64,000 nt of DNA from a bacterium (lineage in GTDB: Bacteria; Cyanobacteriota; Vampirovibrionia; Gastranaerophilales; JBAXKC01): assembly GCA_037137535.1 (NCBI GenBank), contig JBAXKC010000006.1, forward strand, positions 33,002 to 97,001, given 5' to 3'. Of the stretch, positions 42,079 through 51,675 are shown in pieces. A program made the position numbers and the translations under genes. How positions within the stretch are numbered: the stretch's first letter is position 1; each line of letters begins with the position of its first letter. The notes under the pieces are model-generated. The model was not told the origin of the DNA. It searched no databases and saw nothing but the letters and a program-made list of their open reading frames with translations.

Positions 42079-42303
42079 TTAACGTATTATTTCTAAGCCT
42101 AATAATGCTGAAACAATAATAAAAATAACTGCAATAACTGCTGTTATTTTATTAAGACCTGCCTCTACGCCTTTTTGACTTGAGAAAAGCTGTGCTGCAT
42201 CAGAAATTGAAGCAAGACCTTCTCCTTTTGGCGAATGTAATAATATTAATAAAACTAATAATGCGCCTGTTATGATTTGTGTTATTTGTAAAAGTCCTAT
42301 CAT
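42079..42303 (-). CDS. secG: Preprotein translocase subunit SecG
   Basis: Two TM segments, LLHSPKGEGL, EAGLNKIT. Confidence 0.9.
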   Translation of the reverse strand: MIGLLQITQIITGALLVLLILLHSPKGEGLASISDAAQLFSSQKGVEAGLNKITAVIAVIFIIVSALLGLEIIR

Positions 42304-42474
42304 ATTATTTTTCCTTTACTAATAAATATACTTATTAATCATTAATCAATATAACACAAAAAAATAAAATAATAATTATGCTTAATTCTTCATCAATAAT
42401 TTAAGAATATAAGATGATTTAAGTAAAATAAAAATCTGATAATATTTATTCAGTATAAAAATATGTGCTGATTT

Positions 42475-43143
42475 ATGAATATAATTAATTTAAAAAATCT
42501 TAAAACTAAATCTAATAATATAATTAATTTATTAAAAGCGGATAAAGCGGGAAATGACCTCAACGCACTTAATATATTATTTATTGGGGTTTTTCACGGA
42601 GATGAGCCTGAAGGATTTTTTTTAATAAATAAATTCATTGATTTTATTTCAGAGAATAATAGTTTTAATTTTAAAAATAATCTTTACTTTATTCCTCAAT
42701 TAAATCCTGATGGAAAAGAATTAAATCAAAGAACAAATATTAATGGAGTTGATTTGAACAGAAATTTTCCTACAAAAAATTGGGAGTTATCTACAGAAAA
42801 AGATAATTATTATTCCGGTGAAAGCCCTGCCAGTGAAATAGAAACACAATTCATGGCTGATGTGATAGAAGAAATTAATCCTGATATTATTTTGTCTATT
42901 CATAACCCTTATAAAATAGTAAACTTTGATGGACCTGCAAAACAAATTGCTGAAGAAATATCTAAAATTACAGATTATCCTGTTCAAGACGATATTGGCT
43001 ACCCTACACCGGGTTCTTTTGGCACTTATTGCGGTATTGAGAGAAATATTAAGACTATAACTCTTGAATTACCTGATAATCAAGATATAGATGAATTATG
43101 GAATATCAATAAAGACGTATTTATATATTTAGTTAACATATAA
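42475..43143 (+). CDS. M14 peptidase, murein peptide amidase A-like
   Basis: HGDE, NPDG, VDLNRNFP, SIH, GYPTPGSFG, TLE. Confidence 0.88.
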   Translation: MNIINLKNLKTKSNNIINLLKADKAGNDLNALNILFIGVFHGDEPEGFFLINKFIDFISENNSFNFKNNLYFIPQLNPDGKELNQRTNINGVDLNRNFPTKNWELSTEKDNYYSGESPASEIETQFMADVIEEINPDIILSIHNPYKIVNFDGPAKQIAEEISKITDYPVQDDIGYPTPGSFGTYCGIERNIKTITLELPDNQDIDELWNINKDVFIYLVNI

Positions 43144-43201
43144 AAAAGGGCTGATTTTAACCAGCCCTATCGTATGAGTAATTTGTGTTAGTGCCTTCTT
43201 T

Positions 43202-44071
43202 TCAAATAAGAGATAATGCAATAGCAGGAGATTGATTAGCTTGAGCTAACAAACTCGTTGATGCTTGCTGTAAAATCTGATTTTTTGTAAGTACAGCCGC
43301 TTCTTTTGCTACGTCAACGTCTCTAATTCTTGATTCAGAGGCCTGTAAGTTTTCTTGTCTTATTGACAAGGAGTTAATTGCTGATTCCAATCTATTTTGG
43401 AAAGCACCAATTTTTGTTCTTCTAGTTGTTACCGTTGTGATTGCGGAATCTACTTTTGTAATAAAACTAGCTGATTTTGTTGCTGTTGAGAATGCATCTT
43501 CAAGGAAGGTTTTTGAACCGACTTTAGCTCCGTTAATTCCTAAAGAAGTTGCACTTGAACTGGCAAGAGGTGATCCTATTGTAATAGAATTTAAAGATAC
43601 AGTTTTAGGACTGTAGTCTGGACCAATTTGTAAAGCTAAAGTTGATTGAGTTCCATTTAACAATTTGATTTTGTTAAATGATGATGAACTTGAAATTCTT
43701 GAAATTTCATTTGCACGTTGTTCAACTTCAGATTTAATCGCAGATCTTTCTGCTGTTCCAATCGTTCCATTTGCAGATTGTACGCTAAGATCTCTAATTC
43801 TTTGTAAGTTATCCATTACGATGGATAAATCACCTTCTGCTGTTTGTAACAAGTTAATACCTGTTTGTGCGTTTGATTTAGCTATGTCAGTACCTCTGAC
43901 TTGAGATCGTAAAGACTCTGAAATTGTTAAACCCGCTGCATCGTCAGCTGCTCTGTTAATTTTGTAACCTGTTGATAGTCTCTCTAATGAACCACTAATT
44001 CCTTTTGATGCTGCACTTAAATTTCTTTGCATAATTAAAGAGTTAGTGTTTGTGTTCACAACGATACCCAT
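43202..44071 (-). CDS. fliC: Flagellin
   Basis: LERLSTGYKINRAADDAAG; GAFQNRLE; SRIRDVDVA; LAQANQ. Confidence 0.96.
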   Translation of the reverse strand: MGIVVNTNTNSLIMQRNLSAASKGISGSLERLSTGYKINRAADDAAGLTISESLRSQVRGTDIAKSNAQTGINLLQTAEGDLSIVMDNLQRIRDLSVQSANGTIGTAERSAIKSEVEQRANEISRISSSSSFNKIKLLNGTQSTLALQIGPDYSPKTVSLNSITIGSPLASSSATSLGINGAKVGSKTFLEDAFSTATKSASFITKVDSAITTVTTRRTKIGAFQNRLESAINSLSIRQENLQASESRIRDVDVAKEAAVLTKNQILQQASTSLLAQANQSPAIALSLI

Positions 44072-44516
44072 TCAAGATTCTCCTTATCTTAACTGTTATA
44101 TCCCTATAAAATGGGCGCTTTCCTTACGCCATTTTTTTACACAGTAAAAATCTTCCTATCACGCAAACATACACACATTCCATGTATTTCATCATCCATT
44201 TGGCCGATAAAAGAATAATTTACTGTATATAAAGTATATTAAACTATACCTTTAGTATTACTACTATACTTTAGTATAGTCTTGAATGAACTTTAGAATG
44301 AGAAGAGCTATAATCAAGTTGTAGCAACGATTGTTTTTTTATTCAACTAAAGTTGTAACCCTTGTATTTGTTACACTTTTTAATATTTCCATTATTGGAA
44401 GTTATATTGTTTATTTGTAATACATTTATTTGTTTACTATTGCTGTTTTGTTCGTTGCTTTGTTAATTTACATGTAAATTATTTTTATTAATTATCACTT
44501 TAGGATAATTAAATCA

Positions 44517-44553
44517 AAAAGCTGTTATCTTTTGTTTCGAGATAACAGCTTTT
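44517..44553 (-). terminator. Intrinsic terminator after adenosine deaminase
   Basis: AAAAGCTGTTATCT...AGATAACAGCTTTT. Confidence 0.8.
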
Positions 44554-44579
44554 CATTTATAAAATTGATGTAATTAACT

Positions 44580-46013
44580 TTAGGCAAGTATATTTTTCGA
44601 ATTATTCTTTTGTTCTGTTTTCTGACTAATAAGCCCGAGTTTTCTTCCTGCAAAACTAAGAACATTTTTAGTAGGCGTTAAATACTTATCGATAACATTT
44701 TTGAATTGAGGAGTATTTTCAATATCACTTAAATCTTTTTCAAATTCATGAACAAGTTCTTCTTTTTCCTCTTTTGGTAAGAAAGAGCCTCTTGCTCCAT
44801 TTAAAATAATTTCTTTAATTTCTTTCCAGTCAGTTACTACACCGTGTTTATAAAGCCTTTCAAGTTCTTTAGATATTTTTGTCTGTAAAAGACCGGGATC
44901 ATCTGTACATATTGCTACTTTTATACCTTTATCAAGCATTTTTCTTATTGGGTGATTATCCCATGTCGCATTTTTGATAGCAACATTTGATGTTGGAGGT
45001 ACTTCAACAGTAATACCAAGATCTCTAATTCTATTCATTAGTTTTTCATCATCAGTTGCATGTAGAGCATGTCCTAATCTGTTTACACCCATATCTAAAG
45101 CATGTTCAACTGATTCAGCTCCAGTAAGGTTGCCTGAGTGATCGGTTTCACCGGCATGCACGGTAACAGGCAAGTCATTTTCTTTGGCATAAGCAATGAC
45201 ATCTTTAAATAAATCAATAGGGTATCTGCTTTCATCGCCGCATATATCAAAGCCGACAATAGTTTTATCGGGATCTTTTGCTCTTAGTTCTACTGCAAGT
45301 TTCACATCTTCCATTGCTCTTTCAACAATTTTATCAACGCCTTCTCCCAGTTTTCCGTGTCTTTTTGCGCCAACTATTATTTTTACTTTTTGCGTTAGTC
45401 CTGCTTCTTTTATTTCTTCTCGACAAAGTTTAGCGCCTTCTTTTACTGCATTTAAAATTTCTTCGGGAGAGCTTTTTTCACCTGCCAAACCAATTCTTAA
45501 AGGTAAATATTTAACATTATCTTCAGCTGCTTTTTTGCAGATCATATAAGTAGCAAGTTTTAACTGTTCAGGGTCTTTACAGCCCTGTGTTATTGCTTCA
45601 TAAGCTTCAACAAATTCAGTTAAATTTTCAAATCTATTGTTTACACTAGCTTTAAGGTGAGCATCGTGCTCACTTACGCCTTGAGCCGTAAGCATCTCTT
45701 TAAGAATTCTTCTTGGTCTTGATCCTCTTAAATGCGCATGCAATTCAGCTTTTGGAAGAACAGTAAATAAAGAATGAAGCCATGGATTTATTGTGTTTTC
45801 ATCATTTAATTGATTAATAATATTATTTACTATTGTTTTCTCTGCAATTTTTATAGAATCAGTTATCTCTTTTGGTTTTCTTTTATCATATTGATCGCCA
45901 TTAAAAGAAAGTTGATTAGTTTTAGAATATAATATATTTTGGTTAAGTGGTTTTATTGATTTCTGTAAATTTGGATTGCAAAAATTGCGTTGATTAAAGC
46001 CAACTATGCTCAT
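44580..46013 (-). CDS. add: Adenosine deaminase family protein with N- and C-terminal extensions
   Basis: LPKAELHAHL, HAGE, RLGHA, PTSN, TDDP; about 85 aa extra N-terminus. Confidence 0.88.
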   Translation of the reverse strand: MSIVGFNQRNFCNPNLQKSIKPLNQNILYSKTNQLSFNGDQYDKRKPKEITDSIKIAEKTIVNNIINQLNDENTINPWLHSLFTVLPKAELHAHLRGSRPRRILKEMLTAQGVSEHDAHLKASVNNRFENLTEFVEAYEAITQGCKDPEQLKLATYMICKKAAEDNVKYLPLRIGLAGEKSSPEEILNAVKEGAKLCREEIKEAGLTQKVKIIVGAKRHGKLGEGVDKIVERAMEDVKLAVELRAKDPDKTIVGFDICGDESRYPIDLFKDVIAYAKENDLPVTVHAGETDHSGNLTGAESVEHALDMGVNRLGHALHATDDEKLMNRIRDLGITVEVPPTSNVAIKNATWDNHPIRKMLDKGIKVAICTDDPGLLQTKISKELERLYKHGVVTDWKEIKEIILNGARGSFLPKEEKEELVHEFEKDLSDIENTPQFKNVIDKYLTPTKNVLSFAGRKLGLISQKTEQKNNSKNILA

Positions 46014-46241
46014 CGATTTTTTCTCCTTTTCGGACGTTTTTCTGAATTTATTAAAACTTAAACGATTATTTTAATATTTATGTAGAATTAAAGTTTGAAG
46101 AAAAAAAAAATTGTCATGAAATTGGATATTTATATAAAAAATTATTAATCTTAATAATTTAAACAATTGTCGAATAAAACTTTGAACTATATATTTTATA
46201 ATGATAAAGATTTAAACAATTATTTCTAATTTGGGGGTAAC

Positions 46242-48305
46242 ATGGATAACCGCAAACCAAATTGGCTTATAAACGAAAAAAGCTTATATTTGCAACAACA
46301 TGCTTACAATGCTGTTGATTGGTTTCCATGGTGTGATGAAGCTTTTGAAAAAGCTAAAAAAGAAGATAAGCCTATCTTTCTCAGCATAGGTTATTCTAGT
46401 TGTCATTGGTGTCATGTAATGGCTCATGAATCTTTTGATGATAATGAAATTGCAAAATATTTAAATGAAAATTATATTGCAATAAAAGTTGATAAAGAAG
46501 AAAGACCTGATCTTGATGATATTTATATGACAGTTTGCCAGCTTCTTTCTACAAGTTGCGGATGGCCTTTAAATATCGTAATGACTCCTGAACATGAGCC
46601 TTTTTGGGCAGGTAGTTATTTTTCAATAAAAGCTTCTCAAGATGAGCCAGCTTTCATTGATATTTTAAAAGAATTGAATAAGTTATGGCATAAAAATCCC
46701 ATTAGAATTTTTGAAATAATTGATAAAATTTCGGAACAAATGACAATAATTCAAAACAAGTCTTCAACTGAGGAGGAAATAAATCGTAATGTATTGAATA
46801 AGGCTTTTGATTTATTAAAAGAGTCTTTTGATAATATACATGGCGGATTTGAAAAAGCTCCTAAATTTCCTGCTCCGCATAAAATAAACTTTCTTCTTGC
46901 TAAATACAATGCAACGGCTGAAACAGAAGCACTAGATATGGCTGAAAAAACATTGCTGTCTATGTATCAAGGAGGTATTTTTGATCATATCGGTGGAGGT
47001 TTTCATAGATATTCTATTGATGATAAATGGCATATTCCGCATTTTGAAAAAATGATTTACGATCAGGCTTTAATTGCTAATACCTATATAGAAGCTTATC
47101 AGTTAACAAAAAATGAATTATATGCAGATATAGCAAAGAAAACACTTGATTTTTGTCTGCGAGAATTGGCGAATGAGAATGGTGGTTTTTATTGCGGATT
47201 GGATTCCGACTCCGAGGGGAAAGAGGGAGATTTTTATATCTGGACGAGAGACGAAATATTTAATATTTTAGGAAGTGACGCTCAATTATTTTGTAAATTT
47301 TATGGAATAACAGAATCAGGTAATTTTAAAAACGGAAAAAATGTTTTATATATTTCTCAAGATATTTCCGAATTTGCGGAAAAAAACAATTTGAATCCAA
47401 TTGAATTGGAAGAACAATTTGAAAATAGTATAAAAATCCTTTATGACGAGAGAAATAAAAGAATTTTGCCTATAAAAGATAATAAAATATTAACTGCATG
47501 GAATGGACTGATGATAAAGGCTTTATCTCTTGCCGCAAGAGTATTTAATGAAGATAAATATAAAATAGCAGCAACTAAAACTTGTTTATTTATATTGGAT
47601 ACTCTCACAACCTCTGAGGGGAAATTATTCCGCTCTCATTGTGAAGGCGAATCAAATATTGTGGGCTTTTTAGAAGATTATGCGTTCTTTATATACGGAT
47701 TATTAGAATTATATGAAGCTACTTATGAAGTAGTTTATTTGAAATTATCCTTAAATCTTGCGGATAAAATGATAGAAGATTTTTATGATGATGAAAACTC
47801 AGGTTTTTTCTTTACGTCAAAATCTGCTGAACCATTATTTTTTAATAATAAAAGCTCTTTTGATAACTCAATTCCATCAGCAAATGCTATTGCCGTACTA
47901 GTTTTACAAAAATTAGCAGATATAACTAATAATCAAAACTATCAAGCCATTGTTGAAAAAACATTTAAACTATTTAATCATGACATAAATACTTACCCTG
48001 ACAGTCATTCTCAGTTTTTAACGGCTCTTATCTATCATTTAGGGCGACATAGAATATTATTGATTTCTGAAAATTCAAAAGACAAAAATACACCTAAAAT
48101 AATTCAATCACTTAACAGTAAAATATTTCAAGACGGATTTATTCTTTATAAACAAGAAAATGACGAAGAAATAGAATCTATTTATAAAGAAGCTAAAGAT
48201 AAACAGCCCCTAGAAGATAAAACAGAAATATTTATATCTGAAAAAAATCTATCTAATCTCTCAATAAAAGGAATTGATGAGGTTGAAGCATACTTGCAAG
48301 AATAG
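46242..48305 (+). CDS. YyaL/SSP411-family thioredoxin-domain protein
   Basis: [34 protein letters not shown]. Confidence 0.92.
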   Translation: MDNRKPNWLINEKSLYLQQHAYNAVDWFPWCDEAFEKAKKEDKPIFLSIGYSSCHWCHVMAHESFDDNEIAKYLNENYIAIKVDKEERPDLDDIYMTVCQLLSTSCGWPLNIVMTPEHEPFWAGSYFSIKASQDEPAFIDILKELNKLWHKNPIRIFEIIDKISEQMTIIQNKSSTEEEINRNVLNKAFDLLKESFDNIHGGFEKAPKFPAPHKINFLLAKYNATAETEALDMAEKTLLSMYQGGIFDHIGGGFHRYSIDDKWHIPHFEKMIYDQALIANTYIEAYQLTKNELYADIAKKTLDFCLRELANENGGFYCGLDSDSEGKEGDFYIWTRDEIFNILGSDAQLFCKFYGITESGNFKNGKNVLYISQDISEFAEKNNLNPIELEEQFENSIKILYDERNKRILPIKDNKILTAWNGLMIKALSLAARVFNEDKYKIAATKTCLFILDTLTTSEGKLFRSHCEGESNIVGFLEDYAFFIYGLLELYEATYEVVYLKLSLNLADKMIEDFYDDENSGFFFTSKSAEPLFFNNKSSFDNSIPSANAIAVLVLQKLADITNNQNYQAIVEKTFKLFNHDINTYPDSHSQFLTALIYHLGRHRILLISENSKDKNTPKIIQSLNSKIFQDGFILYKQENDEEIESIYKEAKDKQPLEDKTEIFISEKNLSNLSIKGIDEVEAYLQE

Positions 48306-48450
48306 AATTAAAAGCATTAGTCGTTGGGTTAATGCCAACAAGGCTATAAGTAATTCTCTTCTCGAGGAATGACATAAAAGTTTAATTTTTATATTATTTT
48401 AAAGCATTTTACTTATGACAATTTAAAATATTAAATGAAAGGAATTAATT

Positions 48451-48834
48451 ATGAAAAAAGTATTAGGTTTATTAACAGCGGTTTGTTTATTATCAAATAT
48501 TGCGTTTTCAGGTATCGCAAATACAACAACAGTTAAAGAACACAAAAAACCTGCCGCTCATACTAAGCCGATGGTTAAGCCAAAGGCAACAGGTGGAGCT
48601 GCTGAAATGAAGGAAACTAAGGCAGAAGAAAAAAAAGAAAATACTAAAAAGCCTGTAACTAAAACACATGTAAAAACCACCGAGAAAAAACAAATGAAGT
48701 CAAAAACAACCGGTGGAGCAGCAGGAATTAAAGAAACACCTAAACATAAAAAAGAAGTTAAATCTCCTACCGAGAAAAAGAATTTAACTACAACAACTAA
48801 AAAAGAAGTAAAACCTACAACTAAAAAATACTAA
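48451..48834 (+). CDS. Exported Lys/Thr-rich low-complexity protein
   Basis: AAAGGA RBS; MKK signal peptide; two TGGAA..KET repeats. Confidence 0.8.
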   Translation: MKKVLGLLTAVCLLSNIAFSGIANTTTVKEHKKPAAHTKPMVKPKATGGAAEMKETKAEEKKENTKKPVTKTHVKTTEKKQMKSKTTGGAAGIKETPKHKKEVKSPTEKKNLTTTTKKEVKPTTKKY

Positions 48835-48934
48835 GATTAAAATAAATAGTTAAAGTTATTATGGTAAGGCAATTATTCCTTACCATAATAATAGATTACA
48901 GCAGTAGAACTTATTTTAAAATGAGGGACAAATA

Positions 48935-49204
48935 ATGAAAAAATCATTAATGATATTAAGCTTTGTAGCAATATTAGCCGGTTCATCTGTGGGGGTTTTT
49001 GCTCAAACAACAACATCATCACCGTGTCAAACCCCTTGTCCAAAGATTGAATCTCCATGCCCGAATCCATGTGCTAAAGCAGAAACTCCAAAGGTTGAAA
49101 CTCCATGTGAAAAAGCAGTGTCACCTTGTGCTAAACCTAAAACTAAAAATACTAAACAACCTTTAATGAAAAAAATGATGCATCCATTTAAGAAATCATA
49201 CTAA
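48935..49204 (+). CDS. Exported Pro-Cys repeat protein
   Basis: GAGG RBS; signal peptide ending VFA; six PC dipeptides. Confidence 0.8.
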   Translation: MKKSLMILSFVAILAGSSVGVFAQTTTSSPCQTPCPKIESPCPNPCAKAETPKVETPCEKAVSPCAKPKTKNTKQPLMKKMMHPFKKSY

Positions 49205-49310
49205 AATTAATAATATTTTTTAATAGAAAATATTAGCTCATACTCAAAGAAGGCTGTTATTGTTGAAAAACATAGCAGCTTTTTGTTTTACAACTTTTAA
49301 TTATAAAAAA

Positions 49311-49337
49311 TGAACTTTTTGAATTTTAGTGTGTATA
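49311..49337 (+). promoter_or_regulatory. Putative ECF sigma promoter
   Basis: TGAACTT-N15-GTATA upstream of the Met-rich gene and the ECF genes; near-copy at 54398. Confidence 0.6.
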
Positions 49338-49389
49338 GAAGTTGTAAGATAAATGAGTTGACCACATTACTTTGACGAAAGGATTAATC

Positions 49390-49671
49390 ATGAAAAAAAC
49401 ATTATCAATGTTAACAGTTATTACATTACTATCAAGCATTTCAATGGCTAGCTTTGCAAATGCTCCTGCTTCAGCTACAATGCCGGCTCCGATGAAAGCA
49501 CCTGTTGCTGCTGTTATGCCTGAAATGAAGAAACAAGCTCCAGTTGAAAAAATGGAAGTTAAACAGTCTGAAATGATGATGAAGAATCAACCTGGGATGA
49601 TGAAAAAACAGCCTGGAATGATGATGAAGAAGAAGCCTGAAATGATGAAAAAGGCTCCTGTTAAAAAATAA
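49390..49671 (+). CDS. Exported methionine-rich protein
   Basis: AAAGGA RBS; signal peptide ending SFA; QPGMMKK, MMMKK repeats. Confidence 0.8.
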   Translation: MKKTLSMLTVITLLSSISMASFANAPASATMPAPMKAPVAAVMPEMKKQAPVEKMEVKQSEMMMKNQPGMMKKQPGMMMKKKPEMMKKAPVKK

Positions 49672-49794
49672 TCTCCCATCAACACTCATCACATTGTCAT
49701 AAATCGAGATAAGTGTGGGATTAGGTTAAGCCTGTTATACTCAACTATCTCGGTTTATGATATTATTTTACTAAAGGAAGATTGGACGTGAAAA

Positions 49795-50184
49795 ATGAAA
49801 AAAAGTTGTAATAAATACAAAACTTTATTTATTTTTAGAGAATCTGATGAATTAATGCAACATCTTGAAGAATGCGCAGATTGCAGAAATATGCATGAAG
49901 AGTTGTCAGGTATTGAACAACTCACACGGTTTGCTCTTCCTGCTTATCAAAATAGTAAAAAACGACAGGAAGTTTATAAAACAAATAAACTCATTGCATG
50001 TTTTCTTTTTATCTTTGTGTTTAGCTTTATGTTTGGAAATGTGAACGAAGCTACTCTTCTACATAATAATTTAGCTCATCCCGAACGTGTGGAATATTTG
50101 AATAACTCTATTTTTAATAAAATGAATTTACCTGTTGATGAGCTTGGTTTATTGGATATAAACAGGGATTTTTATGATGACTAA
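49795..50184 (+). CDS. Zinc-binding anti-sigma factor
   Basis: HLEECADC (HxxxCxxC), one TM segment, overlaps the ECF sigma gene. Confidence 0.8.
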   Translation: MKKSCNKYKTLFIFRESDELMQHLEECADCRNMHEELSGIEQLTRFALPAYQNSKKRQEVYKTNKLIACFLFIFVFSFMFGNVNEATLLHNNLAHPERVEYLNNSIFNKMNLPVDELGLLDINRDFYDD

Positions 50185-50716
50185 AATGAATTCTAATCAT
50201 GAAAAATTTGACAAAATAGTAAATCTCTATGATAAAAAAATTGATAGCGTTATTTCTAGTTTTGAAAAAAATTATGACAATGCTAAGGATATTAAGCAGG
50301 ATCTCTATTTAAAGCTGTTTGCAAAGAATTTACATGTTGAAGAATGTATAAATGTTTGGAGTTGGCTAAAAACAGTAGTTAGTAATCATTGTAAAAACCA
50401 CATAAGAGACAATTCAAAAATTAAGTTTTATGATTTAGCCAATAATGAGTCAGACCTTAATATTTATGAAAATATTGAAGACAAAAAAGCTGATTTAGAT
50501 AGTAAATATAATCATGAAGAAGTTCAGGATTATATTTACAGCTGTATTAAAAAGCTAAAACCTAAATATAAAGATGTTATAATTTTATATGATTTTGAAA
50601 ATTTAAGTTATGAAGAGATTTCAAAAAGAATTGATTGTCCTGTAGGAACAGTTAAATCAAGATTATTTAATGCAAGACTTCTCTTAAAAGAAGAATTAAA
50701 GGAGTTTTTAGACTAA
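50174..50716 (+). CDS. ECF RNA polymerase sigma factor
   Basis: DIKQDLY, SWLKTVVSNHC; LSYEEIS...PVGTVKSRLFNAR. Confidence 0.93.
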   Translation: MMTKMNSNHEKFDKIVNLYDKKIDSVISSFEKNYDNAKDIKQDLYLKLFAKNLHVEECINVWSWLKTVVSNHCKNHIRDNSKIKFYDLANNESDLNIYENIEDKKADLDSKYNHEEVQDYIYSCIKKLKPKYKDVIILYDFENLSYEEISKRIDCPVGTVKSRLFNARLLLKEELKEFLD

Positions 50717-50721
50717 GCATT

Positions 50722-51126
50722 ATGAAAAAAAATTTATTGATTTCTATAATATTTGTTCTAATAATGCTTATTGCAAAGCCTTGGCATTGGAATTTCCATA
50801 TTCGTTTCGGGCATAAAACTATTGCTCAAGTTCTTGAATTAAATAAAAACCAGATTGAGTATGAGAAGATGTTAAAAGCTGAAAATACAGAAGAAATTAC
50901 TCCTTTACTGGAAAAGCTTGATAAAAATACAAAATTATATAAAATTTTAATAAATAATCATTCTGATGAAAAAGTAATTCAAAAACAAAAAGAAGTTATT
51001 GATAATTTATACAAAAAATATACTGATATTCAAAATTTACACATGCAAAAATTTGAAAATATTTTAACAAAAGAACAAAAAATTAAATTTAAAATGATTA
51101 GGACTCAGCTTTTTTTAAAAAATTAA
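50722..51126 (+). CDS. Spy/CpxP-like periplasmic protein
   Basis: N-terminal hydrophobic segment; LELNKNQ and ILTKEQK (LTxxQ) motifs. Confidence 0.75.
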   Translation: MKKNLLISIIFVLIMLIAKPWHWNFHIRFGHKTIAQVLELNKNQIEYEKMLKAENTEEITPLLEKLDKNTKLYKILINNHSDEKVIQKQKEVIDNLYKKYTDIQNLHMQKFENILTKEQKIKFKMIRTQLFLKN

Positions 51127-51139
51127 GGAGGAATAAGAA

Positions 51140-51670
51140 ATGGACAAGAAAAGATTTCTTATTGTTTTGATTAGTTGTGTAAGTGCTGTTTTTTTAGCAT
51201 CATTTTTAGCCTTTTGGTTGATTTTTGGACATATTAGCAGAAATTATTATGTCAGTAATTATAATAGTGAGGTAAATACTTCTGAACGAAGTTTTACGGC
51301 TGATAAAATAATTCAAGATCAGAATAATCTTATAGAGCAAATGGATAAAGACTTTAATCAATTAAGTCTATTTCCTCTAGCTCATATTAATATGAATTAT
51401 TCTCCAATGATAAAAACAGAGAATACAAAAGATACTTATAAAATAACGATAAATCTAAGGTCTTTTAATAATGACCCTAAGAATGTAGATTTTAAAATTA
51501 ATAATAATATGGTTAATATTTCTGCCAAATATCAATCAAAAGATAAAAAAAATTCTTCTTCTTTTTCGCAATCTTTTAATCTTACAGACAAAGTGGATGA
51601 AGCGAAAATCAAAGAAGATAAAAAAAATGGTTATTTGATAATAACCATTCCTAAAATAGCTAAAAATTAA
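51140..51670 (+). CDS. Membrane-anchored Hsp20/alpha-crystallin domain protein
   Basis: N-terminal TM; FSQSFNL...KNGYLIITIPK. Confidence 0.8.
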   Translation: MDKKRFLIVLISCVSAVFLASFLAFWLIFGHISRNYYVSNYNSEVNTSERSFTADKIIQDQNNLIEQMDKDFNQLSLFPLAHINMNYSPMIKTENTKDTYKITINLRSFNNDPKNVDFKINNNMVNISAKYQSKDKKNSSSFSQSFNLTDKVDEAKIKEDKKNGYLIITIPKIAKN

Positions 51671-51675
51671 TTTTA

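Noticed and set aside
44203-44210. GCCGATAA sigma-28 -10 box near flagellin
   Set aside because: On the + strand, pointing away from the minus-strand gene, with no TAAA -35 at the right spacing
44286-44312. Third ATGAACTTT...CTATA copy of the ECF-like motif
   Set aside because: Shorter spacer, different -10, and no + strand gene downstream
46101-46110. Poly-A tract as a phase-variation site
   Set aside because: Such runs are expected in AT-rich intergenic DNA and no reading frame is affected
48451-49671. Small Cys- or Gly-Gly-containing peptides as RiPP precursors
   Set aside because: They carry Sec-type signal peptides and no modifying enzyme or peptidase-transporter is adjacent
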